A program made the position numbers and the translations under genes. Source: an uncultured Chloroflexia bacterium (GTDB lineage: Bacteria; Chloroflexota; Limnocylindria; QHBO01). From it: a stretch of 64,000 bases of DNA. The stretch lies in NCBI GenBank assembly GCA_963811145.1, contig CAWEQC010000004.1, forward strand, positions 79,752 to 143,751. The letters are read 5' to 3'. The notes below the pieces were generated by a model. It was not told the DNA's origin. It worked only from the letters and a program-made list of their open reading frames with translations, and did not search any database. Numbering within the stretch: the first letter of the stretch is position 1; each line of letters begins with the position of its first letter. Below, piece by piece: positions 38,727 through 46,720 of the stretch.

Positions 38727-41155
38727 CCGCCGATCACCCCGGACGCCCGCGCGCTGACGAAGACGGTCTGCTGGCCGAAGTTCGGATCCTGCGCGACGCC
38801 GGTCAGGCGCACCTCGATTCGTCCCGTGCCGCTGATTGCCGTGCTCGGATCAGCGATCTCGAACGTGGTCTGGCGGCTGATGTCGCCGAGGAGGCTCCAC
38901 TCACCGGTCGACGGGTCGCGCACCTCGAGCGTGAAGCCGAGCGGCCACATCCCTGGCATCTGGCCCTGATTGCCGAGCACCATCGACGGATCGGGGCCGA
39001 CCAGGATCTCCAGCTCGGAGACCGCCATGTCGGTCGCATCGAGCGGAAGGGCGATGCTATAGGTCGCCGACCCGTCACCGAGCAGCACGGTGCCCGGCCC
39101 CATCGAGCTCGCGTCACCCTCCGTCGACAGCACGGTCGCTCCCATCTGTGCCGGACCGATCTCCGCCTCGCCCGGCCCGAGGCTCGGCCTGACGCTGACG
39201 ACCTCGACCGTGTGTTCGTAGCGGCGCGCGACGAGGCCATCGACCGTGATCGGGGTGGGGCCTGGTTCGTCGCTCCAGCCGATCACGTACGGGCCGCGCG
39301 CGGTCACCGAGCTCAGCTCGACGCCCGGCATGAAGCCGCCGAATCCGACCAGCGCGTCGATCACACCACGCCTGATGAGGATGCGGCGCTGCGCCTCGTC
39401 GACGGTGTCGAATCCGCCGAATCCGTACACCTGGTCGGAGGCGGACGATCCGTTGAAGTTGGTCGTCCCGAGCGTGAACTCGGCGCTCTCGCCGGGGCCC
39501 AGCTCCGGGATGATCATGTCGCCGCCGCCGCCGCTGACGTACGCGACGTCCTCGATGGGCAGCGTGCCCTGGTTCGTCACGGTGCCGGTCAGCACGCCAT
39601 CCTCGCTGCGCCACGCGACGCTGAGGGTGGGTTCGCGGTCCACGATCGCATCGGCCCGAACGGCCTCGAAGCCGAAGACGCCGATCGACAGCCCGCGCAG
39701 GTGAGCGGGATCGCCCTGCTCGATCACGACGTCCGCGGCGCTGGTCTGCGTGCCGTCGAAGCCGATCGGTCGCAGCTTCGCCATGAGCGCGTCGTCCTCC
39801 ACGGTCATGTCGTAGGTGGCGCGATCGGGCGAGAAGATGCCCGCATAGCTCTCGATCGTCGCTGAACTGCCCGCGCCGCTCGACCGGATGAGCGAGATCT
39901 GGTTGACGATCACCTCGGTGCCCTTCATCGAGTTGCCGATGCCGAATGAGCACGCCGTGAACACCGCCACCAGCAGGGGGGCGGTGACCCAGGCCAGCTC
40001 GCGGCGATCCAGTCGCCGCAGAACCAGGTAGCTGATCGGACCGATGAGGAGGATGTAGGCAACGATGACGACCAGCAGCAGCTCGGCCGGCGGAACCTCC
40101 AGCGAGGGCAGGTTGCTGAGGGCGGTGCCCATGGCGTTCTGCGACTCCTCAATGGGGAATCGGCCGAAGAACTGCTCGAACACGCCGTTGGTCGGCAGGA
40201 GGCGAGCCCAGAGCCGGGGTGAGCCCTCCCAGCCCCGATAGGGTTCGGTCGCCAGATCGGTTCCGACCAGGATGACCCGACCGGCTCCCATCGGGCGCAT
40301 CGATGCCAGGATCGTGCCGTCAGCGGCCCGAACCAACGCGCGGGAATCGTTCCGCAGCGTGCCCGTCGACGTGGTCGCCAGCTCCTCGGCCGCGGCGCCG
40401 GCGCCGGACCATGACGCGAGCGATGCCTGTGGCACGGCGTCCACCGCGGCAAGGTCCTCGAGCGGCAGCAGCTCGCTGAATGCGGCGGTCCGCGCCTGCC
40501 AGTCGGGCCCGCCCACGATGATCAGCTGGCCGCCGTCGGCGACCCATCGCTCGATGCTGCGGCGCTGCGCCTCGGTGAGCCCCGAGCTGTCGTCCGCCCA
40601 CACGATGGCCGACAGCCCGTCGAGCGGCTCGGAGCGCTCGGGCAGGTCGGCGACGGTGAGGGAGAGTGGCGCCGGGAGCCCCACGTCGGCGCCCGAGCTC
40701 AGCTGTGGTCGCAGCGCGCCCGCTCCGTCACCCACGATGGCGAACTGGCTGGACGCCTGCTCGAGGACGCGGGTCTCGACGACGGCCTGGACCGTTCCGT
40801 TCGGCTCCTGGAAGCGAACGGTCACCTGCCGCTGGAACGCTTCCGGCTGGAGGTAGAGCATGACGACCTTGTGCGCGCCGGCGGGCATCTCGACGAAGCG
40901 CTGGACCGCGCCCGCCTCGGTGGTCGCGGCGAGGGTCCCCTCGGTCGGCTCGCCCTCGTTGACCAGCGTGACCGAGATGCCCATCCAGCCACCGACCGCA
41001 TAGCGCCCGCCCACCAGCCCACGCGCCTCGATCTTGATCGAGCTGGCTGCATTGACCGGGAGGGCTGGCAGGAGCAGCGCGACCAGGAGAAGCGCAACGC
41101 CGGCGATGGGCATGGCGAGCCGGCTGGCTCCTGAACGGGCGGTCCGGTTGATCAT
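38723..41155 (-). CDS. Large (810 aa) membrane protein with beta-sandwich, GATase1-like and C-terminal beta-rich domains
   Basis: ATG at 41155 preceded by gagagga. Signal/anchor MPIAGVALLLVALLLPALPVNA. LSAIVWADDSSGLTEAQRRSIERWVADGGQLIIVGG (DUF4159/ThuA-like amidotransferase-fold motif). Central TM pair ELLLVVIVAYILLIGPISYLVL / WVTAPLLVAVFTACSFGIG. Confidence 0.8.
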   Translation of the reverse strand: MINRTARSGASRLAMPIAGVALLLVALLLPALPVNAASSIKIEARGLVGGRYAVGGWMGISVTLVNEGEPTEGTLAATTEAGAVQRFVEMPAGAHKVVMLYLQPEAFQRQVTVRFQEPNGTVQAVVETRVLEQASSQFAIVGDGAGALRPQLSSGADVGLPAPLSLTVADLPERSEPLDGLSAIVWADDSSGLTEAQRRSIERWVADGGQLIIVGGPDWQARTAAFSELLPLEDLAAVDAVPQASLASWSGAGAAAEELATTSTGTLRNDSRALVRAADGTILASMRPMGAGRVILVGTDLATEPYRGWEGSPRLWARLLPTNGVFEQFFGRFPIEESQNAMGTALSNLPSLEVPPAELLLVVIVAYILLIGPISYLVLRRLDRRELAWVTAPLLVAVFTACSFGIGNSMKGTEVIVNQISLIRSSGAGSSATIESYAGIFSPDRATYDMTVEDDALMAKLRPIGFDGTQTSAADVVIEQGDPAHLRGLSIGVFGFEAVRADAIVDREPTLSVAWRSEDGVLTGTVTNQGTLPIEDVAYVSGGGGDMIIPELGPGESAEFTLGTTNFNGSSASDQVYGFGGFDTVDEAQRRILIRRGVIDALVGFGGFMPGVELSSVTARGPYVIGWSDEPGPTPITVDGLVARRYEHTVEVVSVRPSLGPGEAEIGPAQMGATVLSTEGDASSMGPGTVLLGDGSATYSIALPLDATDMAVSELEILVGPDPSMVLGNQGQMPGMWPLGFTLEVRDPSTGEWSLLGDISRQTTFEIADPSTAISGTGRIEVRLTGVAQDPNFGQQTVFVSARASGVIGG

Positions 41156-41284
41156 GATCCTCTCGGTGCGGTCGGGTCGCCGTGGCGCCGGCCACCGGTA
41201 GACGCGCCGTCCGCCGCCCGAGTTGCATGCCCTCCGTGGGTGCGCCCGAGTGTACGGGAGGCAGAGCGGCCGATGTAGAGTCGG

Positions 41285-43195
41285 ATGCTGCGCATGGAAG
41301 CCTCCGACTCCGACGGCCGCAACGAGCTCAAGAGCCACCTTGAGAACCAGATGCGCGCCCAGGAGCGTCAGCTCGTCTGGGTGCGCCTCGGGATGGTGCT
41401 GGTCGCTGCCCTCTTCCTGCTCATCTTCGAGCCGAGCCTGGCATCACGTCCGATCCTGTTCGCGCTGCTCGGGGTGGTGGCGCTCTCCATCCTCGCCATC
41501 CCGTGGCTGCTGACCAGGTTCCCGGCCCGGGAGGTCGGCATCGTCAGCACGGCGCTCGACATGGCTGCCGTCACGGTGGCCGTCTACTTCGCCGGCGACA
41601 CGATCGACGCGCACCTCTTCTACGGCCTCGTCATCCTTGGCACCGCGCTCCGCTTCGGGCTCGGCGCATCGGTTTGGTCCTCGCTGGTGATGAGCGGCCT
41701 GTACGTGGCGGTCGTGCTGATCGGTCCTCCCGACGAGGCCGTGCGCTCGCAGCTGCCGGTGCGCGTCGCCTACCTCGTCGGCATCGGCGTGGTTGCCGGC
41801 CTCTTCAGCCGCGTGGTCATCCAGCGAGCCATGGACAACGCGCGCCTCCAGCAGCGGCTGGCGGAGGACGAGCGCGATCGCGAGCGGGTCGTGGAGCGGG
41901 AGCTGCTCAGCCGGCTCGGGCGCGACTTCGCCGCCTCGCTCGACCGCGAGGCAACCAGTCGGGCAATCGCCGACGGCGCCGCGACGGTGCTCGGCGACGC
42001 GACGCTGGTCCTGATGATCGAGGACGCCGAGCGGCGCATGCTGCCCGTCGCCGCCGGCGGGACGGACGGGGACCTGGCCGCGCGCTGGGAGGCACACGTC
42101 GCCGAACGGAGGCCACGCGTGGGGGAGGGGATCATCGGTGGGGTGGCCGCCACGGTGGCTTCCGTCGACGGAAATCGCGAGCTGGCCGCCGCAGGCGACC
42201 CGGACGGGCTGGCTGCGCTCGACCTCGGATGGATCCTGGCGGTGCCGATTCTGGCCGGCGGGCGCCTGCTCGGCGTGCTGGCCAGCGCCGGTCGCGACGG
42301 GACCGCACCGAGCGAGCAGATCCGGCGAATGGCCGAAGCGGTCGCGGAGCGGGCCGGGCCGGCGCTTCAGAACGCGCAGCTCTGGTCGGACCTGCAGGAG
42401 CGGATGAGCCGCGAGCAGGCGGCGCAACGGATCAAGGACGACTTCCTGTCGATCGTGAGCCACGAGCTGCGAACCCCGCTCACCAGCATCCAGGGCTACT
42501 CGCAGCTGCTCGAGGGCCGGCTTCGGACGGACCGCGACGGCGAGAGCAAGGAGATGGCCCACCTTCGCGTCATCCGCTCGCAGGTCGGACGCATGCGGCG
42601 CCTGGTTGACGACCTCCTCGACGTGAGCCGCATCGACCGGCGCGGCGGAGTGAGCATCGAGACGGTTGACTTCGACCTTGCCGCGCAGGTGCGCGAGGCG
42701 GTGGCGCGCGTGCGGCGCGAGAACCGCGATCGCGAGATCGAGGTCACCGCTCCCGAGGCGCTCGGCGTGCACGCCGACCAGGATCGGATCGACCAGGTCC
42801 TGAGCAACCTGCTCGAGAACGCGGTCAAGTACTCGCCTGACGGCGGACCGATCGCCGTCACCGTCGAGCGCCGAGGCGGTGAGGTCGAGGTGCGGGTTGC
42901 CGACGCCGGCGTCGGGATCCCGGCGGAGCATCGCGAGAACGTCTTCGAACGCTTCTACCAGGCTGATGACGACGCGGGCCGGCGCAGGTTCGGCGGGCTG
43001 GGACTGGGGCTCTACATCAGCCGCGCCATCATCGACGCCCACGGTGGTCGCATCTGGGCCGCCGCCAACGCGGATGCCGGACACGGGTCGATCTTCGGCT
43101 TCCGGATCCCGCGGGTGGCCATGCCGCTCACCCCGGTCAGCGTCGCACCGACCGGCGAGCCACCACCGTTCGTGGTCCGCAACCGCGACGGCTGA
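41285..43195 (+). CDS. Sensor histidine kinase (polytopic N-terminus + GAF-like + HisKA + HATPase_c)
   Basis: 636 aa. Five to six N-terminal TM helices, H-box FLSIVSHELRTPL, N-box NLLENAVKYSP, G-boxes DAGVGIP and GGLGLGLYISRAI. Confidence 0.9.
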   Translation: MLRMEASDSDGRNELKSHLENQMRAQERQLVWVRLGMVLVAALFLLIFEPSLASRPILFALLGVVALSILAIPWLLTRFPAREVGIVSTALDMAAVTVAVYFAGDTIDAHLFYGLVILGTALRFGLGASVWSSLVMSGLYVAVVLIGPPDEAVRSQLPVRVAYLVGIGVVAGLFSRVVIQRAMDNARLQQRLAEDERDRERVVERELLSRLGRDFAASLDREATSRAIADGAATVLGDATLVLMIEDAERRMLPVAAGGTDGDLAARWEAHVAERRPRVGEGIIGGVAATVASVDGNRELAAAGDPDGLAALDLGWILAVPILAGGRLLGVLASAGRDGTAPSEQIRRMAEAVAERAGPALQNAQLWSDLQERMSREQAAQRIKDDFLSIVSHELRTPLTSIQGYSQLLEGRLRTDRDGESKEMAHLRVIRSQVGRMRRLVDDLLDVSRIDRRGGVSIETVDFDLAAQVREAVARVRRENRDREIEVTAPEALGVHADQDRIDQVLSNLLENAVKYSPDGGPIAVTVERRGGEVEVRVADAGVGIPAEHRENVFERFYQADDDAGRRRFGGLGLGLYISRAIIDAHGGRIWAAANADAGHGSIFGFRIPRVAMPLTPVSVAPTGEPPPFVVRNRDG

Positions 43196-44262
43196 TGCGC
43201 CAACGCCTCGCCGAGCTCGCGGCGGCTCATGGGCTCGAGCTGGTCGGCGTCACCGACGCGGGGCCGCTGCCCGACGCGCGGGAACGAATGGAGGAGAGCG
43301 TCGCCGCAGGGCGGATGGCACGCATGGACTGGATGGGTGGTGACCGGCCTCGGCAGGCGACCGATCCCGCGTCGGTCGATCCGACGGCGCGTTCGGTCAT
43401 CGTGGTCGCCGCTCCCTACGTCGGGGCCGGACGAGCCGCCTGGGACCCGCGACCCGACGCGCTGCGCGAGGCGCTGGCACCGGTCCTGGCGGGCACGCCG
43501 GCCGAGCCGGCCGGACGCATCGCGCGCTACGCATTGGGCACTGACTATCACGTCGCCCTGCGGGAGCGGCTCGAGTCGCTGGCCGCGGACCTTCGTCGCG
43601 AGGGGATGGCCGCCGGCGACGTGGCCTACGTCGATGACCGCCCGCTCGCGGAACGAGCGTTGGCCGCCCGCGCCGGGATGGGCTGGATCGGCAAGAACGC
43701 GAACCTGCTCACACACGCGCGCGAAGGGTCATGGGTGTTCCTCGGTGCGCTCCTGACCTCGGCCGACCTGCCGGCGGACGAGCCGATCCGCACGACGTGC
43801 GGCTCCTGCACGCGCTGCCTCGACGGCTGCCCGACGGGTGCCATCGTGGCGCCCCACACCATCGACGCGCGGCGCTGCATCAGCTATCTGACGATCGAGC
43901 ATCCCGGCGTGCTCGACGCATGGGAGGCCAACGCGATCGGCGGCTGGGTCTTCGGTTGCGATGTCTGCCAGGAGGTCTGCCCGGTCAACGCCGATGCCGA
44001 TGACAGCGGCCCGCTGCTGGTGCCGCTCCTGCCGCTGATCGAGTGGCTCCTGCCGCTCGGCGGTCGGGCGTTCGCCAGGGCGGTGGGCGCATCGGCGCTG
44101 ACCCGGGCGGGTCGCCATCGCCTGCTGCGGAATGCCATTGCGGCGCTCGGAAACGCAGGCGAGGTGTCACGTGAGGGCATCGAGCTGCTCGAGCGCGCGC
44201 GTGCGGACGCGCGGCCCGAGGTCCGCGATCAGGCCGCGCGCGTCCTCGCATCGGTTCGCTGA
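43195..44262 (+). CDS. queG: Epoxyqueuosine reductase
   Basis: ARYA.G.DYH, GWIGKN, 4Fe-4S motifs CGSCTRCLDGCPTGA and CDVCQEVCP, and C-terminal HEAT-like repeats. The ATG overlaps the kinase stop (TGATG). Confidence 0.9.
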   Translation: MRQRLAELAAAHGLELVGVTDAGPLPDARERMEESVAAGRMARMDWMGGDRPRQATDPASVDPTARSVIVVAAPYVGAGRAAWDPRPDALREALAPVLAGTPAEPAGRIARYALGTDYHVALRERLESLAADLRREGMAAGDVAYVDDRPLAERALAARAGMGWIGKNANLLTHAREGSWVFLGALLTSADLPADEPIRTTCGSCTRCLDGCPTGAIVAPHTIDARRCISYLTIEHPGVLDAWEANAIGGWVFGCDVCQEVCPVNADADDSGPLLVPLLPLIEWLLPLGGRAFARAVGASALTRAGRHRLLRNAIAALGNAGEVSREGIELLERARADARPEVRDQAARVLASVR

Positions 44263-44284
44263 CTGCCGTCTATCCTTTCGCACG

Positions 44285-45624
44285 ATGCCCCGGGTCACGC
44301 CGTTCGCCGGCCTCCACTACTCCCTCGCGCGCTTCGGGGCGCCGGACGTCCCGGACCGCGTCCATCTCGCGGCCGACGACGAGGCGCCTCCGGCTCGCGT
44401 CGCGGACCTGACCGACATCGCCTGCCCTCCCTACGACGTCATCGACGAGGGGAAGCGCCGTCAGCTGCTCGATCGCCACGACCGCAACGCGGTGCGACTC
44501 GAGTACAGCGCCGAGCCCGATCCGTACGCCGCCGCGGCGGAAACGCTGGCCGCGTGGCTCGCGGATGGCACCCTCGAGCGGCGAGCCGCGCCGGCGACGT
44601 ACGTGTACCGGCATGCGACGGCATCGGCCCCCGACGAGCCGGCCGTGGAGGGGATCGTGGCGCGCGTGCTCCTGGAGCCGTGGGGCGGCGGCATCCGGCC
44701 TCACGAGCACACGATGCCGGGTCCCAAGGCTGACCGCCTGGCGCTCCTCCAGGCGACGCGCACCCAGCTGAGCCCGATCCTGGCCGTCTACTTCGACCGG
44801 TCCGTCAGCCTGGACCCTGGTGGCCGCACCGGCGATGAGTGGCGCGCGCGCGACGACGATGGCCTCATCCACCAGCTGGTGGCCATCGAGCCCGACGGCC
44901 GCCTGCTCGAAGCGCTCGGCCGCCAGATCACTCTTCGTCGCCGATGGGCACCATCGGTACGAGACCGCCCTGGCCTACCAGGCCGAGGTCCGTGCCGACC
45001 CGGCCAACGCCGGGGCGCTGCCGGGTGAGCTCGCGGCCGACTGGATCATGATGATGATCGTGAACGCCGAGCTCACCGAGCTCGAGATCCGGCCGACCCA
45101 CCGCCTGCTGCTCGACGCCGACGCCGATGCGCTCCGCGGGTTGGCCGACGGAGACGACGCGCTCTTCACTTCGATTCCGCTGGCTGCCGATGCGCTGGCA
45201 TCGGCCCTCGATGAGAACCGATTCGCCGACGCGCCGGCGTTCGGCATGGTGCTGCCCGGTGAGCGAGGGCTACCTCCTGGTCGGCGATCCCGAGGGACTG
45301 GCCGATCGGCTGCGCCGCGAACGCATGAGCGACCCGGTCCGCGCGCTCGATCTCTCGGCACTTCACGTGGCCATCCTGGAGGATCGGCTCGGCATCTCCG
45401 CCGGCGACGTCGCCGCCGGGAAGCGCCTCGCCTACACTAGGGACGAGGCCGAGGCGCGGCAGCGCGTCGCGAGCGGAGAGGCAACGGCCGCCATCCTCGT
45501 CCGACCGACCCGGCTCGACCAGCTCGCCGACGTCGCGTCCGCTGGGGACGTGATGCCGCAGAAGTCGACCTATTTCTATCCGAAGCTGTTGACCGGCATG
45601 GTCTTCAACCCCCTGGAGGACTGA
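44285..45624 (+). pseudogene. DUF1015 family protein with 2 frameshifts
   Basis: MPRVTPFAGLHY...HEHTMPGPKADRLALLQATRTQLSPI (frame of ORF 44132), then SLFVADGHHRYETALAY (frame of ORF 44820), then ...MPQKSTYFYPKLLTGMVFNPLED (frame of ORF 45127). Shifts lie near 44920 and near 45262. Confidence 0.8.
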
Positions 45625-45634
45625 CGAGCCACCG

Positions 45635-46507
45635 ATGGTGCAGGCGATCAAGCGCGACGAGGTCTTCATCGAGCCCGAGGGAATCCACGTCGAGACCCAT
45701 CAGCCCGAGCGAAGGTCGCGCAAGCCGCCCCTGCTCCTGATCCACGGCGCCCTGACGGGCTCGTGGCTGTGGACCGAGATTGCCGCATACCTGGCCGAGC
45801 GCGGCTGGGAGGCGCACGCGATCAACCTGCGCGGCCATTTCACGAGCGACGTCGCCGATCTCGACGAGACCACGATGCGCGACTACGCCGACGACATCGG
45901 CGTGGCGCTGCGCCAGATCGGCCGGCCGGCCGTGCTGATCGGGTGGGGGATCGGCGCACTGGCCGCGATGCTGCATGCCGAGCGACATCCGGTGCTCGGC
46001 CTCGTGCTGCTGGCGCCATCGCCACCCGCCGCGGCGCTGCCGCGGCGACCGGACGAGTACGAGCTGCGCGCCGTCCCGGCCATCTACGACGCCGCGTGGT
46101 GGGGATGGACCGGCTCGCGCGAGGAGCTGCGCGAGCGGATGCCCGACATGGAGGACGACGAGCTCGAGAAGATGAGCGAGCTGCTGGCGGGCGCGCAGGA
46201 GTCCGGGCGGGCGCGACGGGAGCGGATGCAGGGCGTGCCGATCGACGCCGCGCGCCTGTCGGAGCTGCCGAGCCTGGTCATCGGCGCCGGGCTCGACGAG
46301 GTGATCCACCCGACCGAGGCGCGGCGCACGGCGGACCTGCTCGGCGCCAGCTACGAGTACTTCCCGTCCGCCAGCCACTTCGGGCTGGTGATGGGGGCGC
46401 GAACCTGGCCCGAGGTCGCGCAGAGCGTGCTCGGCTGGCTCGAGGAGCATCGTCATGCGATGACCGCGGCCTCTGCGGCACTCACCCCGGTCGGCGCCCG
46501 ACGCTAG
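45635..46507 (+). CDS. Alpha/beta-hydrolase fold protein lacking the nucleophile serine (GWGIG elbow)
   Basis: 290 aa. PLLLIHGALTGSWLW ... AVLIGWGIGALAAM ... LLAPSPP. The usual G-x-S-x-G reads G-W-G-I-G (ggg tgg ggg atc ggc). Confidence 0.75.
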   Translation: MVQAIKRDEVFIEPEGIHVETHQPERRSRKPPLLLIHGALTGSWLWTEIAAYLAERGWEAHAINLRGHFTSDVADLDETTMRDYADDIGVALRQIGRPAVLIGWGIGALAAMLHAERHPVLGLVLLAPSPPAAALPRRPDEYELRAVPAIYDAAWWGWTGSREELRERMPDMEDDELEKMSELLAGAQESGRARRERMQGVPIDAARLSELPSLVIGAGLDEVIHPTEARRTADLLGASYEYFPSASHFGLVMGARTWPEVAQSVLGWLEEHRHAMTAASAALTPVGARR

Positions 46508-46519
46508 CCCTCCTCCGGT

Positions 46520-46548
46520 TTGCCCGAGTCTGGGCCGCTTGGTAGACT
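46520..46548 (+). promoter_or_regulatory. Candidate promoter for tRNA-Glu (TTGCCC - 17 nt - TAGACT)
   Basis: ttgccc(46520-25), a 17-nt spacer, then tagact(46543-48), 23 nt upstream of the tRNA 5' end. The same stretch can fold as ccgagtct/agactcgg, a possible terminator of the upstream gene. Confidence 0.35.
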
Positions 46549-46571
46549 CGGCCGCGTCCTCAGCGACCCGT

Positions 46572-46648
46572 GCCGCATTCGTCTAGAGGCCTAGGACACC
46601 GCCCTCTCAAGGCGGAGATCACCGGTTCGAATCCGGTATGCGGTACCA
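46572..46648 (+). tRNA. tRNA-Glu (anticodon CUC), CCA encoded
   Basis: Manual cloverleaf: GCCGCAT-TC-GTCT AGAGGCCTAGGAC-A-CCGCC CTCTCAA GGCGG-AGATC-ACCGG TTCGAAT CCGGT-ATGCGGT-A-CCA. It parallels E. coli tRNA-Glu arm by arm. G1-U72 is a wobble pair. Confidence 0.9.
46629..46648 (+). repeat. Direct repeat, left copy (3' end of tRNA-Glu; att-like)
   Basis: gaatccggtatgcggtacca is repeated exactly at 48831-48850. Confidence 0.8.
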
Positions 46649-46720
46649 AGTCTCAATTCGGCCTTCTGGACTACCGTCAGGCCAGCGTGGGAATATCCGA
46701 GGCACCGTTCTGGGTCGCCA

